A DNA stretch of 64,000 nucleotides. Source: a virus (lineage: Duplodnaviria; Caudoviricetes). The notes under the pieces are model-generated. The model did not search any database. It was given only the letters and a program-made list of their open reading frames with translations, and had not been told where the DNA came from. The position numbers were made by a program, and so were the translations under genes. Every line of letters begins with the position of its first letter. Within the stretch, counting starts at the first letter, position 1. Below are positions 48,701 through 56,725 of the stretch, piece after piece. The stretch spans positions 2,752-66,751 of the IMG/VR virus record IMGVR_UViG_3300017777_003723; one strand, given 5' to 3'.

Positions 48701-50323
48701 GTAAAATGCTGACGTGATTCCTATGTTCACGAGCGTCGTGGCGACCCCGCCCGCAACGGTAGTGATGTCGCCCGTCAGAGCGGGCATCCGGGCTGCCAAA
48801 AGTGTACCGGCATTGAGGTTCCCAGCGTTTTGGTAGAATGACCCAGCCTGACCGTTAAGGAGACCTACGTTGAGATTCGAGCACAACGTCGTAGAGGTGA
48901 CGTTGAACGGTGCTGTCCCCGTAGCGAGTGTGGATGAGAACTGGCCGGCTATCTGAGCCGTGGCCCCCATCACGATGTTATTGTTGGACTGGATGAAAAG
49001 TGAGTAAGCGACCCCTACTTGGTTGTAAAAAGCCAGCTCGCCTGCGGTAGATAAAATCTGCCAAACAAAAGCGTTTGTGTCCCGCCTGCAGACTCCGAAC
49101 CCACCCGCTGACCCTGACACGTTCACGCCACCGGTCACGTTCACGCCAGTAGCGTTTATGGTCGCGGCAGAGGTGAGCCCTGTGACGGTCAACGTAGTGT
49201 CGCAGGTGACTGACCCGTATGCCCGGAGAGCGCCCGCAGAACTGATCGTGAGGTGTGTGGCAAACGTGTTGTAGGCGTCGTTTGTTTGCAGCAACCTAAG
49301 CGTTCCGCCTTCGCAGTCTATCCACTTGTTCGTCGTGCCTGACTGGTCGGTCTCACGTAGGATGATTCCGGGCTGGCTATCTTGGATTGTGAGCTTGTTG
49401 TTTATGGTCAGCCCACCGGTCAACGTCCCAAGCCCGGTGATGCCGGAATAAGCACCAGAGAGGCGCGCAGAGAGTAGCGTACCCGCGTTGAGGTTGCTCG
49501 CATCCCGGTAGAATGCACCATTCTGCCCACCAAGGAACTCCGCGTTGAGGTTCGACACCATCGTCGTCGAAGCAATGCTGAACGGGGCCGTGCCTGTGAC
49601 TAGTGAAGACACCAACTGCTTGGTGACGGTCACTCTCTGGTCGTACCCGATCGAGAGAGGATTTAGGTTGACGTAATTACCGTTGTTCAACCCCACAATC
49701 TTCGAGATCTGGAGCGGCCCTGTGGTGATGGCCACGTTGGTCGTGAACGTCAGACGCCAGTAGCGAGGTTGCCCTGCGTCTGCCTGTGCCACGTAGACCA
49801 GACTGCCGTTTGAGCTAGATTGGCTGGTTCCTACCGTCGCAAACGTGATGTTGTTCACGCTGCTTTCCACCAACAGGGTGAAGGAAATACTCTGCCCGCT
49901 CCAGATGTCCGTGGTGATGATACAGTTCGGTCTGTACCAAGTACCCCCGATGTCTATGACAACCCTCTTCTTGGTTATCCCGGCAGAATACTCTGCGGTG
50001 CTTATTGCTACAACACCGTTGATGGCTGAACTGTCGAGACAGGCATCCCAGTTGGTTGTATCGGCTGACCAAGCAGAGCCATTCCACTTTTCCTGACTAC
50101 CGTATGTGCGGTGACGGAAGCAGTCAGGAGCGTTGATGCTCCGAGACAAGGCATACACGAACTCCATCAACGACTTCGGGCCTTGATACTCGTTTGCGCT
50201 TGGCCCAGAGCCCACTTCAACAGATGAAGTCCCTATGACAACGTCGTTGGCATTAATGACGTCTCCCGAAGGCAGCGTTTGAAGCTGCCCGGTTATGCTG
50301 ACAAGAGGAATTCGATTAGCCAT
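45743..50323 (-). CDS. Long mosaic tail fibre (1526 aa)
   Basis: Three GTAP...SNLN...NAGT repeats; knob-like DLNTL...WGQLLV...ITQIY segment; T/G/S-rich. Confidence 0.88.
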   Translation of the reverse strand: MANRIPLVSITGQLQTLPSGDVINANDVVIGTSSVEVGSGPSANEYQGPKSLMEFVYALSRSINAPDCFRHRTYGSQEKWNGSAWSADTTNWDACLDSSAINGVVAISTAEYSAGITKKRVVIDIGGTWYRPNCIITTDIWSGQSISFTLLVESSVNNITFATVGTSQSSSNGSLVYVAQADAGQPRYWRLTFTTNVAITTGPLQISKIVGLNNGNYVNLNPLSIGYDQRVTVTKQLVSSLVTGTAPFSIASTTMVSNLNAEFLGGQNGAFYRDASNLNAGTLLSARLSGAYSGITGLGTLTGGLTINNKLTIQDSQPGIILRETDQSGTTNKWIDCEGGTLRLLQTNDAYNTFATHLTISSAGALRAYGSVTCDTTLTVTGLTSAATINATGVNVTGGVNVSGSAGGFGVCRRDTNAFVWQILSTAGELAFYNQVGVAYSLFIQSNNNIVMGATAQIAGQFSSTLATGTAPFNVTSTTLCSNLNVGLLNGQAGSFYQNAGNLNAGTLLAARMPALTGDITTVAGGVATTLVNIGITSAFYGSSTQVPVINFDAKGRATTASNVTITPAVGSLTGLGTGVATLLGGTSSGTGGPSGTVSPTFTGTVSAATINASGLTVSSGISQPLGALGGTAGNTLLGLVQSATTGNADSLRTTLIRNANGSDWQTATWKLGRKIDFTDIGYIAFGPSFDLYGLEFGVTSGMAVRIDNSKRVGIGKTPTVALDVLGAITASSGITGTTGTFSSQVNGSLFVEKYTTFTPTTVGWYRVFTTYVIGGGVLRIIASYNNKWDNLELVWNSNGWGQSGQISIVKGGVYGAYIVSQVRVTGNSGDAAGYLDIYVSDVTSAGPISIYAYGPDCPAFTAPIVVGAVVGTGTTKTLSVARGIGTTDQFYSSVATGTAPLVVASTTLVSNLNVQYLNGQLGSFYQDAGNLNAGTIPSARLANAMKVGGIPGVDLNTLTAAGSYRIQNTEANRPNSLSWGQLLVIQGGADTITQIYGDYAAGALYTRSGNPTNVGGSGSYTAWHTILGSNNYSSYALPLTGGTLSGHLLSGSGYQIKWSDGTLAAPGYSFYGETSTGIARTAAGTLALVVAGVAGARINTAGIGVGVGTPYFPVHAKGSVWAVHATYTGEGGGAIIGASLNGVAEPGLDLRRWTGSGTIHGTTYIFTDSSGQTFFYNGQKSTNTQATVLAMTLSTAGGLTLVGGLTATTISGAGTGLTGTASSLSIGGTAGSISGFNNPTTAATAHTIVYRDHSGNIIGTYGFFVYLNMSHGASGATGDTVFYSSGDDYIRKNNATGFRASLNVPTRTGGDASGTWGISISGTAASATTATNIAGGVAGGVHYQSGVGATAITAAGTSGQVLTSGGASAPTWTTPSAGTVTLVSVSSANGITGSVATNTTTPAITLTLGAITPTSVVASGTVTGSNLSGTNTGDGAGLTGAAGYVARFTSGTALTSSVIRDDGTNVGIGTAAASGKRLSVSGDTALNGQLALGVTEVPGGTGSFQIQKFCVITVGTVAYKVALYN

Positions 50324-50324
50324 A

Positions 50325-52064
50325 TCAGGTCAGTTTAACGGTCGCATCAAAGCGCAGAGCCATTTTGGTCGTGCTCATGGCGCGTCCGACAACAGCGAGA
50401 TAATTTGTTGAAGGCGCGGTGGTGGTCAAAGCGCCGGGAGTTACACTAGACAAGTAATAAGGCGCGCCCGGTGTTAATCCGCCTGATTGACCAGTCACAG
50501 CATCCCACTGAGTTGTAGTTGCTGCCATGACGCCTGCAAAGGCGATAGCCCCAGAAGCACTCGCCGAAATGGAAGTGGAGCTAACCAAACCGATGACTTG
50601 CGCTTGAGGTGACGACGTTGCATCCGCCAGCTTAACTTGGTCTGTCGTGGTATGAGCGTAGACTGCGCGACAAATAGCAATGGCAACTGTTTCGGCATTC
50701 ATAAAAGTGTCTTCTAACACCGTAGTAGAAGACACCGTACCCGAAGTCACGCGACCATAGGTATCTACTGTGACCGCTTGGTAAGTGCCGGGAGTAGCTA
50801 CGCCCGAAGCCAAGTCGATTACCGGAGCGCCTGCAACACCGTCTCCGTTTGTCACAACAGTGCGACCTGACGTGCCTGCAATACTGCGAAGAATAAACGC
50901 ATCGGTAGCGGTCGAGTAAAGTCCACCGCCACCGGTCAGAGCCGCGATGCTGGTCAAACCCGCATCCACCGGTTGAGCACCGATGTCCGAGGGAACTGCT
51001 GTCGCGCCCACTGTTGCCCGGCCATAGGTATCGACAGTGACCTTGGTGTAGGTGCCAGGTGTGACGATGCCTGAAACAAGGTCGATGCTGTCTACGTTAG
51101 CTACAATTCGACCCGCCGTGCCGACTACGTCAAGCGTATTGCCTGACTTGGTCAAACCATTACCTGCGACAACCTGACCAAGCGCCGAAGATTGCGTGAA
51201 CACCAACACAGTGGTGCCAACAACAATCGGGTCGTTAGTGGTCAACGTCCAACCCGTGTCTGCCCAAAGAGTGCCTTCGTTGACCCAGAAGGTTGCGCCA
51301 CCGGTGACTTCACCTGATGCGCTGTCAAAATCAGTTGCGCGAGTCCAAGTACTAGTCGAGGCAATGTAGACGCCGTTCTCTGCGCCAGCCGTCTGGTCCG
51401 TCAACAACACGCGATTGCCCGAGGCAGTAACGACGCCGTCGATGGTCAGCAGCGTGCCAGTGCTGATATTGATGTTGGCGGTCGATTTGACCCGGACGGA
51501 ATCGCGGACCCGTTGACCGGCTGCGATTGCATCAACGTACTGCTTGGTCGCGGCTTGCAACGCAGACGCAGGGTCAGCGGCCAGCGTCGTGGTCCCAGTG
51601 AACACCGCGTTGTTGATGGGCGCGTAGATGGCGTTTACCAGCGCGGTGATGTCGCCAGCGACCACAGCCGTCGTTCCGCTCACGCGACCATAAGTATCGC
51701 GTGCAAGTTTTGCGAACGTTCCAGCCCCAGAATCCGCCAACGTGTTTAGGTCGAGCGTGATGTCGCCTGCCGTTCCAGCAGGGTTCGTGACCGTCAGTCG
51801 CGTTTGAACCGCGACCTGCCGCATCGTGAAGACGTTAGCGGCAGTACGACAAGCAAGGCCCAAGGTGCCGCTCAAGGAATGCAGAGACGCAGCATCGGCA
51901 GAATACGCCTGCACGTCTGACCCAATGGCAACACCTAGATTCGTCCGAGCCGCACCAGAAGTAGTGGCTCCAGTGCCGCCCAAGTTAAGGTCGAGGAAAT
52001 CGCCCGTTTGGAAATTGGCGAGCTGCCCAGCAGAAGTAACTCGAATAGGTATTACAGCAGCCAT
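50325..52064 (-). CDS. Tail fibre/fibre-associated protein (579 aa)
   Basis: TIDGV...RVLLTDQT..ENGVY domain and VTVDTYGRV repeats. Confidence 0.85.
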   Translation of the reverse strand: MAAVIPIRVTSAGQLANFQTGDFLDLNLGGTGATTSGAARTNLGVAIGSDVQAYSADAASLHSLSGTLGLACRTAANVFTMRQVAVQTRLTVTNPAGTAGDITLDLNTLADSGAGTFAKLARDTYGRVSGTTAVVAGDITALVNAIYAPINNAVFTGTTTLAADPASALQAATKQYVDAIAAGQRVRDSVRVKSTANINISTGTLLTIDGVVTASGNRVLLTDQTAGAENGVYIASTSTWTRATDFDSASGEVTGGATFWVNEGTLWADTGWTLTTNDPIVVGTTVLVFTQSSALGQVVAGNGLTKSGNTLDVVGTAGRIVANVDSIDLVSGIVTPGTYTKVTVDTYGRATVGATAVPSDIGAQPVDAGLTSIAALTGGGGLYSTATDAFILRSIAGTSGRTVVTNGDGVAGAPVIDLASGVATPGTYQAVTVDTYGRVTSGTVSSTTVLEDTFMNAETVAIAICRAVYAHTTTDQVKLADATSSPQAQVIGLVSSTSISASASGAIAFAGVMAATTTQWDAVTGQSGGLTPGAPYYLSSVTPGALTTTAPSTNYLAVVGRAMSTTKMALRFDATVKLT

Positions 52065-52072
52065 AATGATCC

Positions 52073-52969
52073 TTACAGTTTTACACTTGAATTAAAGCTA
52101 ATCCTAAATGTGGTTGAGCTTAGGGCCAAGCCAACGGGCACGATGTAGCCGACGCTGGGGGCGAAGGGAGTGATTGCCCCCGTGGAGGTGAGAAAGTAGA
52201 TCTGCCCTGGAGCGAGACCGCCCACCATCCCGGTCGCGTCGCCCCAAGCCAGCGCTGGCATGGTCAGGTTCAAGTCGGTCTGGACCCGACCGGCAACGCC
52301 CTGAAGGAGAGTGTCTTCGTATAGGAGACCAATCGGGACATTGTACGGTGAAGCATTGGTGGCCCTTCGCAGTTGGCCCGCAATCAAGCAGACGGCCATC
52401 CCCATCGTGAGTGTGCCGGGGTGGTCTGAGACATAGCTGACAGTCCTATCGGGTTCAGTCGAACCCTTCCTGATTAGACGGCCAGAAAGTGTATCCAGTG
52501 CGATTGAGTCCGAATCGTCAGCCGGGAAAGTTGAGTCCTGGTCGTAGAGAAACCACCCTCGATTAAAGACATCCCCAACGAGTGTGTTGTCTATGTAATA
52601 GAGAGTGTCGTGGTGGAGATTCACCGCCGCCTTCGCTGCGGGCCGGCTTGGTTGGTATTCGTTCGCTGGAAGGACACCGTTCCACTCCCCTTCGTTCGGG
52701 CCGTTCTCGAAGTGGTCAACGCGACTTACCGCGCCGCTACGGGTGATGTATTGCGCGAGATAGATGTAGGCTGGTTGGTCCGGGGAACTAATCGCGAGCG
52801 CCAGCATGTCCGACTTACGGACAGTGATGTACCTGGTGGAGTTGTTCGGGAGCGTCACCACGCCTCCCTGGTAATGGTAATCGCCCGACGGGAAGCTCAC
52901 GACGAATGGAGCAATCTCGACTTTAAGCGTCCCGACAATCGGGTTTGTTTTGAATACCTTGTCTTGCAC
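52073..52969 (-). CDS. Virion structural protein (298 aa)
   Basis: C-terminal GL.PG..Y.L...G...AP...VG.A.S domain shared with the 579-aa protein. Confidence 0.75.
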   Translation of the reverse strand: MQDKVFKTNPIVGTLKVEIAPFVVSFPSGDYHYQGGVVTLPNNSTRYITVRKSDMLALAISSPDQPAYIYLAQYITRSGAVSRVDHFENGPNEGEWNGVLPANEYQPSRPAAKAAVNLHHDTLYYIDNTLVGDVFNRGWFLYDQDSTFPADDSDSIALDTLSGRLIRKGSTEPDRTVSYVSDHPGTLTMGMAVCLIAGQLRRATNASPYNVPIGLLYEDTLLQGVAGRVQTDLNLTMPALAWGDATGMVGGLAPGQIYFLTSTGAITPFAPSVGYIVPVGLALSSTTFRISFNSSVKL

Positions 52970-52975
52970 GCCAGG

Positions 52976-53239
52976 TTATTCAACCGCTGCCACCATCGGG
53001 ACCGCCTTTTTCTTCGCCAGCGCGGTGACACCAGCAGGGACAGCTGCTTTCTCTGCCTCCTCCTGGGCTGCGCTCTCAGCGGACTCGTCTTTCACGATAG
53101 CGCTGGCATCAGTGATGGTCTTCAGGCCGTCAGCCCCGGTGGACACGGTTCCGGTCAGCTCGATTGTGGCTTGTGTGCCGTCATCCATGTCGGAGATGGC
53201 AGATGCGATTGCGTCAATACAGGTGCTTTTGTAGTCCAT
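52976..53239 (-). CDS. Hypothetical protein (87 aa), first gene of the late operon
   Basis: ORF divergent from the terminase. Confidence 0.65.
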   Translation of the reverse strand: MDYKSTCIDAIASAISDMDDGTQATIELTGTVSTGADGLKTITDASAIVKDESAESAAQEEAEKAAVPAGVTALAKKKAVPMVAAVE

Positions 53240-53275
53240 GATGTTGTTCCCGGTTGCCTAGTTGTAGATTCTGGA

Positions 53276-53287
53276 TGTAACGTTACA
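53276..53287. promoter_or_regulatory. Operator-like site TGTAACGTTACA (perfect)
   Basis: Centre of the divergent late-operon/terminase gap. Confidence 0.82.
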
Positions 53288-53316
53288 CAACAGCCGTTTC
53301 AGGCTGCAAGCTGCGA

Positions 53317-54885
53317 ATGCCAACCACCGAATCAGGGCTATGGGTGCCAAATTTGTCGCCCAAGCAGATGGATGTCTATAACTGCAAGGACCGCTATGTC
53401 CTGGTCACAGGGCCACGCCTGACCGGAAAGACCGTCCCCACCATGCACCGGCTCATCAGCCATGCCTGGGAGACGCCGGACGCACGGATCGGGATGTTCA
53501 CCAAGACCATCAAGGCCGGCAAAGGCGGCGTCTGGTCCGACCTGACCGGCTTCACCATGCGGGAGTGGCTGGATGCCGGCCTGGTGGCGGAGGATGGCAA
53601 GGACTTCGGCTACACGAAGCAGCCTGGAGAGGACAAGAACCGACCAGCCGGCCCACGCATCGACGGCTCCACCCGGATGCACTACTTCACGATGCGTAAC
53701 TACTGGGGAGGCGAGTCCCGCATCGAGCTGCACTCATTGGACTTCGACGACGACATCGCCGAGAAGCTGCTCAACACCCGGTTCTCGTGCATCTACTTCG
53801 CGGAGTTGCAGAACTTCCACTCCCGCTCCGTGTTCGACCTATCCATCCAGCAGCTGCGGAACTACGGCCTCCCCTACGAGTGCCACCAATGGATCAGCGA
53901 CACCAACCCGCCCGAGGAGGGCATCGACCATTTCGCCTACGAGATCTGGTATCGAGAACGAGTGATGGAGTCGTTCCCGGAGTATTGCCGGAACGACGAC
54001 GACCGCACCCGGTTCCGTCGCCGTCAGGCCGGGCTCAAGCTTTTCGAGTTCGGGTTTGAAGACAACCCGTTCGTTGACCCGCAGCAGATCGCGGACCTCA
54101 AAGCCACCTATTGGGGGAAGGCTGACGAGTACGACCGGTTCGTGCTCGGGAAGTGGACGAAGACCGGTAGGTCGGGTCGATGGTTCCCAGGGTTCAAGAC
54201 CGAACTCCATGTCGTCGGACAGTGCGAAGGGTCGGACCCGGATCATTGGGACTACCTGAACCCGTCCCCCAAGACCTCCACCCTCTACTGCGGATTCGAC
54301 ACCGGCCAGGTCAACCACGCCGCCGTCATCATGCAGAAGCGCATCGGCAAGGATGGCGATGTCCACTGGGACGTTATCGACGAGCTGGTGTCGCTGAAAG
54401 AGGACATGCTGCTCGTCGAGTTTGCTGAACTCTTCGTCGAGAAGATGGATTCACTGGAGGCCCACCTTGGCAGGAAGATCCGGTGGGTGAGCTGGTCGGA
54501 CAGTTCCCTTGAGGCGTTCCGTTCCACCAGCCCTCAGACCGAAGCGGCCATCGTGGAGGGGGCTAGCAACAACCGGCTCAGCCTTCAGTTTGCCTACGAG
54601 GCCAAAAGCCCCAACGCCATGAGGAAGCGGCTGCAGCTTGTGGCGTCGATGGTCTCCGAGAATCGCATCCACGTCTCGGCCCATTGCACCTACGCCGCCC
54701 AGATGTTCCGTGAGCTGTGCCGGCCGAACAACCGGAACACCAACCTGCTCATCCCTCGCGGCGAACCCAACAAGCACATCTGGGACGCCATCAGCTACGT
54801 CATCTACTCAGAGATGGCAGCAGACGTTGGAGGGAGTTCTCCCGACGAAGGGAAGCGCCCGCAGATCTTTGAGGTGGAGATTTGA
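53317..54885 (+). CDS. terL: Terminase large subunit
   Basis: LSPKQ adenine motif, Walker A GPRLTGKT, Walker B variant IYFAEL, DTNP coupling motif, nuclease CGFDTG and WDAISY. Confidence 0.88.
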   Translation: MPTTESGLWVPNLSPKQMDVYNCKDRYVLVTGPRLTGKTVPTMHRLISHAWETPDARIGMFTKTIKAGKGGVWSDLTGFTMREWLDAGLVAEDGKDFGYTKQPGEDKNRPAGPRIDGSTRMHYFTMRNYWGGESRIELHSLDFDDDIAEKLLNTRFSCIYFAELQNFHSRSVFDLSIQQLRNYGLPYECHQWISDTNPPEEGIDHFAYEIWYRERVMESFPEYCRNDDDRTRFRRRQAGLKLFEFGFEDNPFVDPQQIADLKATYWGKADEYDRFVLGKWTKTGRSGRWFPGFKTELHVVGQCEGSDPDHWDYLNPSPKTSTLYCGFDTGQVNHAAVIMQKRIGKDGDVHWDVIDELVSLKEDMLLVEFAELFVEKMDSLEAHLGRKIRWVSWSDSSLEAFRSTSPQTEAAIVEGASNNRLSLQFAYEAKSPNAMRKRLQLVASMVSENRIHVSAHCTYAAQMFRELCRPNNRNTNLLIPRGEPNKHIWDAISYVIYSEMAADVGGSSPDEGKRPQIFEVEI

Positions 54886-54888
54886 AAG

Positions 54889-54965
54889 TGGGAGCAGGGG
54901 TCGGATTTGAACCGACGGCCTCCGCGTTATGAGCGCGACGATCTGCCAGACTGATCTACCCTGCC
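54889..54965 (-). tRNA. tRNA with CAT anticodon (Met/fMet-like), CCA encoded
   Basis: GGCAGGG TA GATC AGTCTGGCA GATC G TCGCG CTCATAA CGCGG AGGCC GTCGG TTCAAAT CCGAC CCCTGCT C CCA folds into a complete cloverleaf. Confidence 0.93.
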
Positions 54966-54973
54966 GGCGGTTG

Positions 54974-54985
54974 TGTAACGTTACA
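54974..54985. promoter_or_regulatory. Operator-like site TGTAACGTTACA (perfect)
   Basis: Within GTGTAACGTTACAC; 8 nt upstream of the tRNA 5' end. Confidence 0.8.
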
Positions 54986-54996
54986 CTGTGGCGGAG

Positions 54997-55326
54997 TCAA
55001 TCCCTCATGTTCCTTGCCCCGTCGGTGAGCAGCTTCTCGAACATCAGCTCGTAGCGCGCGGACGCGGACCAGTGGGCCTTCTTCTTGTGTCGGAGGTAGC
55101 GCACCGCGTTCTTTGGGTGCATCAGGTCCACTCCACAGGCTGAGGCGAACGCGAACGCGGCGCACACCTTCATCCCGCACCAGGTCGCCCGTCGCGAGAC
55201 CCGGTCCACCATCCGGACGCTCATGCCGGCCTTCTTGGCGATCTCCTCGCGGGTCAGCGGATGCCGTCCGCGGTGAGCGAAAGCCCGGCACATGAACGGC
55301 GGGAACTTGTCGAGCGGGGTCTTCAT
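54997..55326 (-). CDS. HTH (XRE-like) protein (109 aa)
   Basis: LTREEIAKKAGMSVRMVDRV. Confidence 0.75.
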   Translation of the reverse strand: MKTPLDKFPPFMCRAFAHRGRHPLTREEIAKKAGMSVRMVDRVSRRATWCGMKVCAAFAFASACGVDLMHPKNAVRYLRHKKKAHWSASARYELMFEKLLTDGARNMRD

Positions 55327-55514
55327 GTGGCCGGTGCGGCTTGCGACTCTGCCGCAACTTCCGTGAGTGTCACGCCGGGGGGTAACTGATTCCGAAGCGC
55401 AACGAACATCGTTACGAACGTTTCAACGGTGAGGCCAAAAGGTTTGAGCGCGGCCATGGCTTCAGCGTATTCGGTCGCTTCGGCGGCGGTGAGTTTACAG
55501 GCTTTGGAGGACAT
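55323..55514 (-). CDS. Hypothetical protein (63 aa)
   Basis: Coupled ORF. Confidence 0.55.
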   Translation of the reverse strand: MSSKACKLTAAEATEYAEAMAALKPFGLTVETFVTMFVALRNQLPPGVTLTEVAAESQAAPAT

Positions 55515-55526
55515 GGATATGGGTTC

Positions 55527-56042
55527 CTACTTAACGGCCGCCATCTTCTTGGTCACGGCCGCCACCATCTCCTCCGGTGAAGGCACCGCCCCAGGGATGA
55601 CGATTGGCTTGTGGTCGGCCAGTGCCCGAGCAACAGGGTTGACGGACGCCACGAACGATTTCGCTTTGTTGGTTGGCGCTTGGTTCGAGGCGATGGACTT
55701 GACGTGGTCGATGATGGCGGTCCCGAGACTGACCATCTGGTCGGTCAACATCTGGCGATGCTCATCGTACCGCATCAGCACGTCCGGCTTGACGTGGGCT
55801 CCACTGGACACGACGACATCCAGCCACTCTGCCCATTGCTGGTTGCGCTTCGAGATCAGCTCGAACTCGCGCCACCACTTCACCAGCACCAGCTCAGCGA
55901 TTCCGGCGCTGGCCAGTGCCCGGATCAGCTCGCCTGAGTTCCGCGCGTGCTCGTCGCGGATGTCCATGCCGAGCGCCTGCGCGGGGCCGTCGATAGATTT
56001 GCCGTCCACCACGACGGCGAGTTCAGTGGATGGGGTGTTCAC
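55527..56042 (-). CDS. Hypothetical protein (171 aa), candidate small terminase
   Basis: GTG56042 is coupled to the upstream stop; helical and near terL, so the function is a guess. Confidence 0.55.
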   Translation of the reverse strand: MNTPSTELAVVVDGKSIDGPAQALGMDIRDEHARNSGELIRALASAGIAELVLVKWWREFELISKRNQQWAEWLDVVVSSGAHVKPDVLMRYDEHRQMLTDQMVSLGTAIIDHVKSIASNQAPTNKAKSFVASVNPVARALADHKPIVIPGAVPSPEEMVAAVTKKMAAVK

Positions 56043-56491
56043 AGCTTGAGACCGGCGTTGCGTTGAAGGGGTTTCGGCCAGCCGATCTCTCCATCTGTCC
56101 GCTCGTTGAGCCAGCACGTCGCCGCCGGGATGCCAACCTTCGCCGGCATGAAGCACCCGCATCCTGCCATTTCTGTTTTACCGAAAACGGTGGTGGTGGC
56201 GTTCTCCTGTCCACAGGTCTTGCGGAGGTCGTCGTAGAACGGGCACTTGGTCGCGCAGAAGCGGATGCGTTGGCGACCGAGCTTGGCGATTCGGCCCGGT
56301 GAGAACACCAATCCAGCCATGCCCCACGCCGCCGCCGTGAGGTCGCTGGCGCAATTTTTACCAGCGAGGCGGCACCGGAATCTGACCGCCGAGAACACCG
56401 CTGAGGCGACCAGTTTGGCGCGGTCCAATCGCTTCCTGAGCCGGCGTCCTGTGCTACGGATTGTGCTGAAGTGACCCATTTCTCGGACCAT
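56039..56491 (-). CDS. Hypothetical Cys-rich membrane-associated protein (150 aa)
   Basis: CATKCPF...C...GCGC...C cluster. Confidence 0.6.
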   Translation of the reverse strand: MVREMGHFSTIRSTGRRLRKRLDRAKLVASAVFSAVRFRCRLAGKNCASDLTAAAWGMAGLVFSPGRIAKLGRQRIRFCATKCPFYDDLRKTCGQENATTTVFGKTEMAGCGCFMPAKVGIPAATCWLNERTDGEIGWPKPLQRNAGLKL

Positions 56492-56492
56492 T

Positions 56493-56504
56493 TGTAACGC
56501 AACA
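56493..56504. promoter_or_regulatory. Degenerate operator-like site TGTAACGCAACA
   Basis: 2 mismatches; abuts start codon 56491. Confidence 0.5.
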
Positions 56505-56573
56505 GTTTACGCGCAGCAATCTCTTTCCTAAGTGTATGGATGGGAGGTTTTTGAAACGATTTTGCACGGAAAT

Positions 56574-56585
56574 TGTAACGCTACA
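56574..56585. promoter_or_regulatory. Operator-like site TGTAACGCTACA
   Basis: 1 mismatch; inside the putative attP, upstream of int. Confidence 0.65.
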
Positions 56586-56725
56586 AATAGGGACTGACAG
56601 TCCCCGTAGTCTGCCATTTAGCCACCTCCATGACGACTTTTTAACGTTGATTAGCAACCACTTACACTTAATCACTCCACCCAGACTTGCTTGTGTGCTA
56701 GTTTTTGTGCTAATCCTATTTCCTG

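Larger units (their letters stand above)
56450..56712. other. Putative attP with arm-type repeat pairs
   Basis: TGTGCTA at 56450, TGTGCTG at 56462, TGTGCTA at 56694 and 56706 (12-bp period in each pair) flank an AT-rich non-coding core next to the integrase. Confidence 0.65.

Noticed and set aside
45743-52064. Diversity-generating retroelement targeting the tail fibres
   Set aside because: No reverse transcriptase and no template/variable repeat pair were seen. The fibre repeats differ at all base types.
54889-54965. tRNA as a host attB/attL boundary
   Set aside because: Phage genes continue on both sides and no duplicated 3' end was seen, so it is treated as phage-encoded.
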